Assembly (NCBI RefSeq): GCF_027921745.1
Contig: NC_079240.1
Coordinates: 1,674,001-1,738,000 of the forward strand
Origin: Schizosaccharomyces osmophilus
Taxonomy: Eukaryota
Direction: 5' to 3'
Length of the DNA: 64,000 nucleotides
Of this stretch, positions 1 through 10,459 are shown piece after piece (position 1 is the stretch's first letter; every line of letters begins with the position of its first letter). The notes under the pieces were generated by a model. It saw nothing but the letters and a program-made list of their open reading frames with translations. It was not told the origin of the DNA and ran no database searches. The position numbers were made by a program, and so were the translations under genes.

Positions 1-3000
1 ACCGTGTTTTCCATCTTTCGTTATCTTCATGGAGTAGTTTTATGCTCTCATTCTTGGCATCTACCTCGATTTTGAGATCGTTAATTTCAACATTTAATGA
101 CTCAAATTTGCTCTCAACGTCAATAAGCTTGGATTCTGTAGCATTGATCTTTGTGCGTTTTGATTCATTCTCTTTGCGAAGGACTTCATTGCTCTCATAT
201 AACAGACGAAGTTCGTCAGACCCACTTAGAAACTCTCGTTTTTGAGAGTCGTCGGTATCCGCGGATCCCCTCAGCCTGGCAATCTCGAAGCTCAAAGAAT
301 CGATGGTCCCTTGAAGACTTTTTACCTGCTGACTTAATCGTTTATTATCCAGCGAAGCTAACTCGTGTTTATTGGCAGTGATTTCTTTTTCGTGACGAAG
401 ATAATTGACGAGCTCACGTAGCTCGCCGCCTCCAGTAGGATCCATTTTGGATATAAGCGCTGTATCTTCGGAAGAATTGTTTTGTAAAAATTCCACTTGA
501 TGACTGACAGAATCAAATTGAGAATGAAGTATTCTATTTTGGGATTCCAAACCATCCAGCTGTTCTTTTAATGAGGCTAATTCGAATTCCAAATTATCCT
601 TTTGTTTTTTCCAATTACCTTCTGAGTTTGCATGCGTACTCGTCCATTCCTCAGATTTAGACTTTAACTCGAGATAGTTCGCTTTGACTTCTTCAAATTC
701 ACTGCGCATGTCAAAAAGTTTTTGAGTAGTAGAACCATGGTTTATAATTTCGGTCTCAAAATTTGAATGAGCTTCTCTGGCTAATTGTATCTGTTTCTCC
801 AAGTCATTTTTCAGAGTACTTACTATTTTCTCGGACTCATCACGAATAAGCTGATTTTCCTCCTTATAATTCATCAATTCATCTTTTTCCCTGGTTAAAC
901 TCTCAATTTGGGTCATTAACTCACGACTTTTTAGATCTTTGTCTTGTCGGGTCACGTTAACATCTTGCTTCAACTGACAAACTTCCGCGTAAAGGTTTTT
1001 AATCTTGTCTTCTTTCTCTTTTAACTCTAACTCCATGATATGCTTGAATTGATCATGAGTTTCATTCATCAATTCCAACGTTTTTTCAGATGCTAAACAC
1101 TTTTGCTGAAGCTTTTGATATTCATCACCGAGGTGTTGAAGTTCGCTTTTAGCTGTCTCTAAATCTTTTTTAAGATTATCTGTATCAGACGTAACTGGAT
1201 CTCCGGATGATTTCGAAGATAGAAAACTCGTTTGTAAATTCATGTATCTTTCTTGAGTCAATCTCAAGTTATCCTTGAGTTCCCGATTTTCGCTAACAAG
1301 ACTTGTGCAGCGAGTAACCTGAGATGTGAGCTCTTGCTTTAGCTCGGAAACTTTGATTCCCATGGTATTCAATTGCATCTGGTAGTCTTTTATATTGTAA
1401 GAATTCTGCAGAGTAATATTCTTAATGTCATCAGTGTATTCGGAAATCTTAGCATTTGCATTTCTTAAATCCACAGAACACTCAGCGAGACGATTATTCA
1501 ATAAATTAACGATCCCATCATGGTCTTGCTCGCGAAATTGTAACTGTGCTTTTAATTGGTTGTTTTCTTGCTGAACAGATAACAGGGAAGCGTTAAGTTG
1601 CGAGCATTCGAAGCTTATTTTCGATTCGACACTGTTCCAAAGATTCTTCTCATTGTGCAAATTTTCTAGATCATACCGATAAATTTCCACTTGCTTTGTA
1701 TACACGCTTAACTGACCAGATATAGCTTGATATTCTTGTAAACTATTATGGTATTGTTCTTGCAAAAATTTATACTTTTCGTGTAGTACACTGTTCTCTT
1801 CTTCGTTTGTTTTCAATTTAAGATCACAATGATTGCACTTTTCAATGGCCTTAGCCAAATCAACCTTTATGGTTGAATTAAGATTTTGCAAGTCAAAATT
1901 AGCGGCTTCCAAAGATTTGAGTTTCTCCAATAGTTTCTTCTCTTTTTCATTTGCAACGTATTTGAAGCTTTCTAATTCGTCCGTTAATAAGTCAAGCTGT
2001 ATGGAAGACCGTTGGTTGCCTAGTTTCTCCTTCAATTTAATCGCTTTATTCAAATCCAAGGAATCATCATTAAATTTTAAAAGGTCATTTTCTTGAGTTA
2101 ATGTTCGGAAAAAGTCACGTTCCTTTATACAACCATTAAGTTGCTCGTTCATAAACTCCAGTTGGTGAGTAAGTTCGTCAATCGTACGATTAGCATTCAA
2201 CAGAGTATCATTTTGAACGTTTGAAACATCAGAAATGCTTTCGCGTTTCTCCAATTCTTGGGCGAGGTCACGAATAACTGAAAGCAACTTTTGGTTTTGT
2301 TGTTGCAATTCAGCTATATTTTTAAAAGCAACAAGGCGATCAGATATGAGCTGATTAGTATCGCTTTCAGCAGCATTCGAAGATCCCTCTACCAGACTTC
2401 GAAATACTTGACGCTCTTGGCTTGTAAACATCGTCCCGGAATCGCGAAGGTCTATTTCGTGAAGCAAGATTTGGACTTGGTGAGTTAAATCACGAATTTG
2501 TTGCTCAAAATGGTTGTTTTCCATGGACTTATCCTTGTATTGTATTTCGAGAGTCTTGAAATCTGACTGCGTTTTTTTGAAATCTGTTAAAGACTTTTGG
2601 TATTGCTGGCTCATTGCCGCAATCTCCTTTTGTTTTTTATTAAAACGTTCGAATTGTTCTTTAATAAGAGGGTGCTGCATATTTACTTCACTCATTGTTT
2701 CGTTCAGGTTTCGCTGTAAACGATCTACTTGCTGTTTGCAATGCTCGTATTTTTGCTTAAAGTACAACCTTTCTGTATACAAGTCGGATACAGATAATGA
2801 CTGTTCTTTAGATTTTAAAGAAAAAGAGAAATCGGGATCTTCAGAGTTAGCAAGCCTTTCGTTTGCTAAAATAAGCTGCGATTCCAGGCTTGCTATTTCC
2901 TTTTTCAAAAACTCCACATTAGACTGATTAGATGATAAATTTTTTTCAAAAATAGAATTTTGGTCCTCAAGAGACCGTTGAGCATCTCTAAGTAATGTAT

Positions 3001-3967
3001 CCAATTCAGAATTAGCATTTTGAAGATGCTCAGAATGATTTTGAAGCGTCTTATACTTATCGGTCCATAGATCGGTAAGTTGCTTTTGTGATTCTAAGTC
3101 TTTCTGAAACGAAAAAAGAACATTTTCATGTTGTTTCTTCAGCTCAGAGAGTTCATTAAGACATGCTTCGTGCTTCAGTTGAATTTCAGCACAATGCTTA
3201 GTTAACGAATCCACTTTGCTTTGCAAAAGATCACTATTTAAGTTCGCATCCGTCAATTGTGAATTAAGCTGTGATTTTTCCATCGAAGTAGATTGATGGA
3301 GCTTCAATAACTTGGCATTCAGATCTTCAATGACTTGATTGAGCCACGTATTGTTGTTGTCCAGTATCGAGTTCTTTTTTGACAACTTTTGAAGTTCGAA
3401 ATCGTAAGAAGATTTTGTTGATTGTACCTGCTGTTGTAAATGATCGACTTCTAAGACTTTCCGATTGTACATTAAGAGTTGATTTTTATAGCCATCAATG
3501 ACTGTATTTTTTTCTTGTAAATCTTTCGAATTCTGAACAAGTGATTCTCGAAGCCGTGAACTATCTTTGTATATACGTTCGAAATCATATTTCGCTTCAT
3601 CGCGTTCTGTCTTGAATGCCTCCGCGTTTTTCTGTGCAATTTGATATAAATCATAGTTCTTTTTAGAATTCTCTTCAGATAAAAGAAATGACTTTTGAAG
3701 ATTCTCGTTGTCAAATTTAGACGCGTCCAGTTGTTTCTCAGACTCGAGTAATCTCTTTTCCAAAATTCGAGACTGTTGCTCAAAGTTTACTTCCGCAATT
3801 AATTCGTTGTTTTTTAAATTCCCATATTCTTTATACCGTTTTATTAAAGACGAAAAGATGGACGAAAATAAGTCCTGATGTAGTAAACTATTGATGGTAG
3901 CTTGCGATACATCAAGAAACTGTGAAACTCCGTGGATATCTGCTGTATCCCAGGAAGAATCGTGCAT
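1..3967 (-). CDS. nup211: Nuclear basket coiled-coil nucleoporin Nup211 (Tpr/Mlp1 family); 3' end lies beyond the left edge of the window
   Basis: ATG at 3967 gives MHDSSWDTADIHGVSQFLD, resembling the S. pombe Nup211 N-terminus. The same frame is open at the window edge (...LLHEDNERWKTR) and is E/K/L/Q-rich coiled coil. Absent from the ORF track, consistent with no stop inside the window; I spot-checked the two ends only. Confidence 0.9.
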   Translation of the reverse strand, partial: MHDSSWDTADIHGVSQFLDVSQATINSLLHQDLFSSIFSSLIKRYKEYGNLKNNELIAEVNFEQQSRILEKRLLESEKQLDASKFDNENLQKSFLLSEENSKKNYDLYQIAQKNAEAFKTERDEAKYDFERIYKDSSRLRESLVQNSKDLQEKNTVIDGYKNQLLMYNRKVLEVDHLQQQVQSTKSSYDFELQKLSKKNSILDNNNTWLNQVIEDLNAKLLKLHQSTSMEKSQLNSQLTDANLNSDLLQSKVDSLTKHCAEIQLKHEACLNELSELKKQHENVLFSFQKDLESQKQLTDLWTDKYKTLQNHSEHLQNANSELDTLLRDAQRSLEDQNSIFEKNLSSNQSNVEFLKKEIASLESQLILANERLANSEDPDFSFSLKSKEQSLSVSDLYTERLYFKQKYEHCKQQVDRLQRNLNETMSEVNMQHPLIKEQFERFNKKQKEIAAMSQQYQKSLTDFKKTQSDFKTLEIQYKDKSMENNHFEQQIRDLTHQVQILLHEIDLRDSGTMFTSQERQVFRSLVEGSSNAAESDTNQLISDRLVAFKNIAELQQQNQKLLSVIRDLAQELEKRESISDVSNVQNDTLLNANRTIDELTHQLEFMNEQLNGCIKERDFFRTLTQENDLLKFNDDSLDLNKAIKLKEKLGNQRSSIQLDLLTDELESFKYVANEKEKKLLEKLKSLEAANFDLQNLNSTIKVDLAKAIEKCNHCDLKLKTNEEENSVLHEKYKFLQEQYHNSLQEYQAISGQLSVYTKQVEIYRYDLENLHNEKNLWNSVESKISFECSQLNASLLSVQQENNQLKAQLQFREQDHDGIVNLLNNRLAECSVDLRNANAKISEYTDDIKNITLQNSYNIKDYQMQLNTMGIKVSELKQELTSQVTRCTSLVSENRELKDNLRLTQERYMNLQTSFLSSKSSGDPVTSDTDNLKKDLETAKSELQHLGDEYQKLQQKCLASEKTLELMNETHDQFKHIMELELKEKEDKIKNLYAEVCQLKQDVNVTRQDKDLKSRELMTQIESLTREKDELMNYKEENQLIRDESEKIVSTLKNDLEKQIQLAREAHSNFETEIINHGSTTQKLFDMRSEFEEVKANYLELKSKSEEWTSTHANSEGNWKKQKDNLEFELASLKEQLDGLESQNRILHSQFDSVSHQVEFLQNNSSEDTALISKMDPTGGGELRELVNYLRHEKEITANKHELASLDNKRLSQQVKSLQGTIDSLSFEIARLRGSADTDDSQKREFLSGSDELRLLYESNEVLRKENESKRTKINATESKLIDVESKFESLNVEINDLKIEVDAKNESIKLLHEDNERWKTR

Positions 3968-4397
3968 GACGACAAACAGAGAGCTTCCTGTCAATTTGTT
4001 TTCGTTGGAAGCCTCAACTTTGCTTGAAACACGTTCTTACCTATTACTGTGGTGGTTAAGTGTCGCGACGTCCTTGATATAACCAATATATTCATAGTTA
4101 TTCGCGCAGAATGTTTGAGTATTGAAATCAATCACTAAATCATTATTAGAATAAGTAAGTTAACAAAAAACTTTGTTTCCCTTGTTGGTGAGATAAAACA
4201 CGCCTTGGTTGTAATTTACTGAATAATATTTAAGCTGTTTACAGAAAACAGGATTTTATTTAATTGTATTATACTAAATGTAATAAATCTTTAAGGGATA
4301 GAACCTGGAGTCATTAAAGTCAAGGATTGATTCTAATATCAGTATTGACGCAAACGTGTAGCTAAATATAAAACAACGGTTTTTAGGAAAGGAAAAC

Positions 4398-7300
4398 CTA
4401 ACGAACACTTAAGTGAGGAACATTCTGGTTGGATGCATTTGAAGATTGAGAAGCTTTGGAATCAGCAGGAGTGTTTATTGCACTGCGGTTAAGACCGATA
4501 TGGGACTTTACCAAATGGCCAGTTGCAAGTGCAGAACATAAAGATAACTCACCAGCCATGACACCGGCAGCAATAATCTTTGCCAGTTGACGAGCATTAT
4601 CACCGGGGGATGTTAAGTGTGCTCCCTTAACACCTAGGAGGTCAAGCATAGCTTGCTGGGGTTCCAAAACGGTACCACCACCAATAGTTCCGACCTCAAT
4701 GGAAGGCATGGAAACGCTAAGCTGTAAATTACCGTCGACATTATCCATAAGAGTGATACAATTGCTACTTTCAATGTTCTGAGCGGGATCTTGCCCTGTA
4801 GCGAGGAAGATAGCGGTCACAACATTTCCGGCATGTGCGTTAAAACCACCGACGCTTCCAGCCATAGCACTACCAATAAGATTTTTGTCAACATTCAACT
4901 TGACTAAATCTTCAACAGTAGTTTTTAATATAGATTTCACAGCCTCGCCAGGAATAATAGCTTCTGCAATAACACTCTTTCCACGTCCATCGATCCAGTT
5001 TATAGCAGCCGGTTTCTTATCAGTGCAATAATTTCCGGATACGCTGATAACGTTCATATCTTCAAATCCGGCTTCGGAACTCATAACAGTCAATGCATGC
5101 TCAACGCCCTTTGATATCATGTTCATGCCCATAGCATCACCTGTAGAAGTGCAAAAACGAATGAATAAGCGAGTTCCAGCCAAAGCAGTCTTAATCCGCT
5201 GGAGACGAGCGAATCTACTAGTAGAATTAAAGGCCTTCGTTATAACTTCAGTTCCTTCGGGACTATCCAACCAAAGCTTAGCGCGACCTGCGCGCGTTAA
5301 ATTAGGGAACGCAATACAAGGGCCACGAGACATTTCATCGCGAGTTAGCACAGTAACAGCACCACCGCCAGCATTGATGGCTTTGCAGCCACGCATGGTT
5401 GAAGCAACCAAAGCACCTTCGGTAGTAGCCATAGGGACGTAGTACGGTTTGCCATCAATAATAATTGGTCCTGCCACACCAAGAGGTAAAGGTATATACC
5501 CAATGACATTCTCACAACAAGCGTTAAGTACTCTTGAATAATCATAGTGATAAACAGGACAATTAGATGCTTCTAAGGTTTTTGTTCTTGAAGAGCGAGA
5601 AACAGCTGCGCGGCGAATGACTACTGCTCTAACAATGTCCTTCAGAATACGCTCTAAAGCATACAAGGGAATTTTCCGGGCAACAACAAGTTGAATCACC
5701 TCCTCATCATTCAATGATGAAACTTGTCCGTTACCATATAAGGAAATGCATTCTTCTAAAGGACGAGATAATGTGCTGATATTCTTTTCAACAGCGGTTT
5801 CAAAGGAAGGGTTCTCGGAGTCAGGCAAATACTTTACTACCTCGACAACTTTTTCAACGACTTTCTTATCATCATCGTTTTTCATGGAATTTAGTCGAGC
5901 AGCATTCAAAAGGAAAATATTTGCACCAATACTTAAAGATAAGCCGAAGATAACCCACTTCGATAGAAAAGATCCACCGATTGATTTTGTCCAATTATGT
6001 ATAAAAGAGTGAATTGTTGTTAAGGCAGACGACTGAGCTAAGTCAGTACCATAAAAAACGGAAGGCAAGATTCTAACAGAGATTACATCCTTATTATGGG
6101 TAGAGCTAAACAAATAAGAGAGAATTTCATCAAAAACATGGTCATCTAAAAGGCTTTGGGTGTTGGTTTCTGGATATTCGGAGCGAACCAAAGGAATCAG
6201 TCTGGCGGCAGCAGCGGAAGTTACTGCATAATGTTTGAAAGGAATAGAACAAAGCTCAAAAAGATTAAATACAACAAATGCAATAACGAAAAGAAAGCGT
6301 GGTTCGTATATCCATCTAAGAGGCTGGAAGGTATCCTTCTTGTTTGTTTTGGCAAATTGATTATTTTCAGCAACACGACGAGCGACAGACTCGGATAAGC
6401 CTTCTTCCATCAAAACTCGTCTCACATTTTCATTGGCATTATACCTGCACATTTCCAAATTTAGAGTGAGGATAGACACGAAAAAAGTGAAGAGTAAAAG
6501 CAGGTCATAGACCATAACAGCGGAAAATAAAAAGAACTGCTTTAAACCAAAGTTGCAATAAGAAAAGATAGCTAAAACCACAATTCCAAAGGAAAAATGA
6601 CGGAGAATTGGGGGAGCAGCATCACGGCAAGCTTCAGCAACATCCTCGTGGGTGGCAGAACGAGAGTCGGAAGAAGCACAACGAGACATAACTGCTCTAG
6701 TGAGGTTCACCGACTTGTCCAGAGCAACAACGTTTATTAAGAAGGGCATGCTTTCAATTAAAGATACAAGGCTGATTCGAACTCCAGAGAAACGGATCAA
6801 CGACATCGCAAATTGAACTGAGAATAAAGTAGACATGCAAACACTGGAGAATAACCAAAATCTAGAGCCCAGTCTTCGCATTTTTAAGTAGACAGAAATA
6901 ACAGAAATGAACATGCATGCGTAGGCGGTGCCGACGATAAGAAGTTCCATTTTAGAAGCTTGACTCGTTATTTTCAAAGTGTTCATCCAAGTGCGAGCGA
7001 TTAGCTGGAGGAGCCAAGACCAAGAAATGCCGTGCTCACGAATTGTAGGAAGGACTCTTTGAACGACAGTACTAGAGCTATCTAAGAAGTAGTCGATGGG
7101 AGGATTAGCCATATTGGCAGGAATAGCTATGCTTGAAACAGTCCAATTACCGACTTCTTTTGAGAACGTCTTACAAGTACCAGATGGCGAATCAATCAAG
7201 AGACAATCATGAAGGTAAGGTTCGGCGAGTTGGGCTACGTTCACATTTACTGAAGTTGGGTGATACCATTGGGTGATGTCAAAGTCGACATTTTGAATGC

Positions 7301-7565
7301 CTTGAGGCTGGTCAGACGGGGGGATAGGTTCCCAGACAGAAGCAACGCCGTCAGGGGATTCAACTTTGGAAAGCTTCAAAACTAACCCAGAAGGATCAGA
7401 AACAAGGCCCCCATCCAAGATGCCAGATCGCTTTAAGGCTCGAAGCAAGACAGGGAAATCTTCTTGTGTAAGGGTCTCGAGAAAAGAGTAGTATGCCATA
7501 GAAACAAGGATACACACAATCGCGATCACTTGAATGGGATATCTGGCGGCAATTCGATAAATCAT
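4398..7565 (-). CDS. hmg1: 3-hydroxy-3-methylglutaryl-CoA reductase, 1055 aa
   Basis: N-terminal membrane/sterol-sensing region plus class I HMGR motifs CENVIG, MATTEGALVAS, DAMGMNM, SGNYCTDKK, GTIGGGT. Confidence 0.98.
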   Translation of the reverse strand: MIYRIAARYPIQVIAIVCILVSMAYYSFLETLTQEDFPVLLRALKRSGILDGGLVSDPSGLVLKLSKVESPDGVASVWEPIPPSDQPQGIQNVDFDITQWYHPTSVNVNVAQLAEPYLHDCLLIDSPSGTCKTFSKEVGNWTVSSIAIPANMANPPIDYFLDSSSTVVQRVLPTIREHGISWSWLLQLIARTWMNTLKITSQASKMELLIVGTAYACMFISVISVYLKMRRLGSRFWLFSSVCMSTLFSVQFAMSLIRFSGVRISLVSLIESMPFLINVVALDKSVNLTRAVMSRCASSDSRSATHEDVAEACRDAAPPILRHFSFGIVVLAIFSYCNFGLKQFFLFSAVMVYDLLLLFTFFVSILTLNLEMCRYNANENVRRVLMEEGLSESVARRVAENNQFAKTNKKDTFQPLRWIYEPRFLFVIAFVVFNLFELCSIPFKHYAVTSAAAARLIPLVRSEYPETNTQSLLDDHVFDEILSYLFSSTHNKDVISVRILPSVFYGTDLAQSSALTTIHSFIHNWTKSIGGSFLSKWVIFGLSLSIGANIFLLNAARLNSMKNDDDKKVVEKVVEVVKYLPDSENPSFETAVEKNISTLSRPLEECISLYGNGQVSSLNDEEVIQLVVARKIPLYALERILKDIVRAVVIRRAAVSRSSRTKTLEASNCPVYHYDYSRVLNACCENVIGYIPLPLGVAGPIIIDGKPYYVPMATTEGALVASTMRGCKAINAGGGAVTVLTRDEMSRGPCIAFPNLTRAGRAKLWLDSPEGTEVITKAFNSTSRFARLQRIKTALAGTRLFIRFCTSTGDAMGMNMISKGVEHALTVMSSEAGFEDMNVISVSGNYCTDKKPAAINWIDGRGKSVIAEAIIPGEAVKSILKTTVEDLVKLNVDKNLIGSAMAGSVGGFNAHAGNVVTAIFLATGQDPAQNIESSNCITLMDNVDGNLQLSVSMPSIEVGTIGGGTVLEPQQAMLDLLGVKGAHLTSPGDNARQLAKIIAAGVMAGELSLCSALATGHLVKSHIGLNRSAINTPADSKASQSSNASNQNVPHLSVR

Positions 7566-9156
7566 TTTGTGAATAGATAGAGTTTAGGTGGGAAATGTAG
7601 TATAGCTCTCGAAAACGAAAGAAAATGAATGTCTAAAAGGATATGAAAATAATATAAAGGCAGATGGCCGAAAAGAACGGAAAGGATGAAAGTAAATCCT
7701 TTCAAAAAAAAAAAATAAAACAAACCTTTATCAACAGAAATGGTCAATCGCGTAGTCAACAGAAAAAGCAGAGTTTCCTCTTCTTGCTTTGTTTCTACAC
7801 GAAAAAAAAAAAGGTCGGTACTGATGGGACAACCTGTAGAATGGAAAACAGCGCTTTGTAAAGGCGTCAAACGTTTATCACAACTGGCTTTCAGAAGGAA
7901 AGAAAAGCCAAGCGAGGAGCCAAGGTCAGCAGATAACCCAGGTAGAGTTGATCAGAAAAGAGTGAACAAAAGAAGCAAGCCAAGCTTTAGAAAGCAAGCA
8001 GGTACAAAACTAAAACGGGGGAAATAGCGAATAATCACTAAAAGTAAAAGTTTGTTATGGGACCGGAAGGAAGGACTAAAGGAAGGCTTCCAGTTGGACT
8101 ATAATGTGCATCAAAACGAATGAATAAGTGAGTCCTTCGTTAAGAAATCCGTTTTACAATAGAATCCCAGTCACTGATTTAAGTAAAATAAACTGCACGA
8201 AACTAATCCTGGTTCTTTTCTATGACCAGCGTGGGACCTAAGAGGTTTTGGGGTAGGACAAGGCAAGGGTAGGTTGTATGGTGGAGAAAATTTCTGAAGA
8301 CATAAACACCAATTTCGCGCTCGAAAAAAAAAACAAACAAGATTTTCTTCTTGTCAAATAGAAACGACTTTTCTATGAATATGGTCAAGTAAATTAATAG
8401 AAAGAACAAGACTTTACGCGATCTACCAACTTTTCGTGGAAATATGATTCGGAAGGACAATCCAGCTTTTTCTTTTGTCTCTACGGTTTTTATTTTAAAG
8501 TAATTTTATAATATTAATGTATTTTAGGAATTTTCTTTCTATGCGAACTGTTTGTATAGAAACGACTTTTTTCGTCGTTTACAAGACCAAGAATCCATGA
8601 AGATCTCTTCTATGACTATCATACGCTAAGAAACAAAAAAAAAAGTTCGTAGCGAAAAATAAAAATAAAATAAGATACCGTATGTCTATTGCACTGCTTT
8701 GGATAACTGTAATGCAGTTTGCAGTTTCTTTGTTCTCTGTTGACAAAAAGAACGCAAGCTGCATTTCTCTCCTTCCTTCAGGAATTGATCTTTCCTATGG
8801 ATGCCGCTTGGATTGAAATTTTTAGTAAAGAAAAGTTATAGAGCAAGAAAAAAAAAAAAAAGAACGTGAGACGGCTTCAGGTATTCAATCAATTGTGAGC
8901 TTCTTAATTGAAAGAACCCACACAAGAGGTAAAAATAAGTCCCTTTTATTGCTTTTTGTATAATTATAAAATTTAAATTCTTAAGTGCAAATTGTCTCTC
9001 TTTTGTTTGCATCAAACCATCTTTTGAGGGCTTGCTTTTGATTACCGGAAAATTAGGTGTTAACACGAAACCGACAAAAGACGTAGCCGTGTTTTTTTTC
9101 TTTCGTTCTTTTACTTGTCTTTCTTTTGGGTTTCGACTCATTCCTTTGGACATTTT

Positions 9157-10170
9157 ATGGGGAATCAAGCGTCAAAGCTGAGAAGTGCCGAGCAGCCATG
9201 GATTGAGCAGGGACAGAAAAAACCCTTTTTCAGCATCTCTCAATTCAAACTGTGCAATGTTGTTGGCAAAGGAAGTTGGAGTACAGTTTTCGTGGTGAAA
9301 GATCGTAGCAGCAAGCAAAAGTTTGCTTTGAAATGTATTAACAAGAAAAAACATAATCCTGGAAAGATAAAACAACTCCTTACCGAAGTTTCCCTTTTGC
9401 GTTCTTTAGACCATCCTCTTTTGTGTAGATTTTATTCGGAATTCCAAGACGATAGCAAAATCTACCTTGTCTCGGATCTTATGTTGGGCGGTGATCTTCG
9501 ATATCATATTGCACAAAATCGCTTTCAAGAATCCGTCGTGTGTGTTTGGATTGCTGAACTGGCTTCCGCGCTCATCTATATTCACTCCAAAGGGATCTTG
9601 CATAGAGATATAAAGCCAGACAATATCCTTCTCGACGAATTTGGACATTGCCGACTCGTCGATTTTAACGTAGCTTCCCGTCTATCGCAGAAAACCCCAG
9701 ATGGAAAAGGTTTTGTGAAAGGTCGAGTTGGTACTCCTGCCTATATGTCCCCAGAAACACTTGTGCACTCCATCAGCTACCGAGAATCAGATTGGTGGTC
9801 TTTGGGAATCACCATGTACGAATGTCTATTACAGAGTAGACCGTTCTCCAGCACTATGGTGGTCAATTGGATTCGTTCTTCCGAAAAAGAAAAAAATTCT
9901 CTCCTCGAAACAATGTGCTCCTCGCTCGAACTTCGAAATAACAAACAATTAGACATCTTATCCAAAGAGGCACGTGTTGCTATTCGCGGATTTCTAGAGC
10001 CATCTATAAGAAACCGATTTGGACATCATGAAAACAACATTCCAAATATATCTTTCTTTTCCCCTGTTTGCTTTGATACCATCTCTCAAGGGAAATGGGC
10101 CCCTAAATTTAGACCAAAATCTGGCAAACTGTACGCTGACCCTATTTTAGAATTGGAAGCAACCTTTTGA
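9157..10170 (+). CDS. ppk33: Ser/Thr protein kinase, AGC/STK32(YANK)-like, 337 aa
   Basis: First true ATG at 9157 (MGNQAS). Motifs GKGSWS, FALK, HRDIKPDN, DFN, GTPAYMSPE, DWWSLG. Syntenic position next to hmg1. Confidence 0.88.
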   Translation: MGNQASKLRSAEQPWIEQGQKKPFFSISQFKLCNVVGKGSWSTVFVVKDRSSKQKFALKCINKKKHNPGKIKQLLTEVSLLRSLDHPLLCRFYSEFQDDSKIYLVSDLMLGGDLRYHIAQNRFQESVVCVWIAELASALIYIHSKGILHRDIKPDNILLDEFGHCRLVDFNVASRLSQKTPDGKGFVKGRVGTPAYMSPETLVHSISYRESDWWSLGITMYECLLQSRPFSSTMVVNWIRSSEKEKNSLLETMCSSLELRNNKQLDILSKEARVAIRGFLEPSIRNRFGHHENNIPNISFFSPVCFDTISQGKWAPKFRPKSGKLYADPILELEATF

Positions 10171-10459
10171 TTCTTGCTTTTCGTATTTTAATTTCCCCTG
10201 TTATAATGAAACCTTTCTACCCTAAGGAATTCACGACATTATAGAGATCGTTCGTGTTTGTTTTACTAACTGACTATTTAATTCCTATTTCAGATTAATG
10301 ACAAAAAGATACTATCAAATACTATAGAGCTTAATGATTACTTTTTTACTTTTCTTGTTTTTTTTCAATTACCCTAATCCATATCTTTTCTCTCTGATTT
10401 ATATGACAATACCAAATCTATTAACTTCCAATCACTTTGACATTTGTTAAACCTAATAT

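Noticed and set aside
3472..3783. 103-aa minus-strand ORF and the small + strand ORFs in 1-4082
   Set aside because: Alternate-frame or antisense shadows of nup211.
7562..8027. Overlapping ORFs upstream of hmg1
   Set aside because: F/L- or K/R-rich products of the pyrimidine-rich hmg1 leader; no recognisable protein features.
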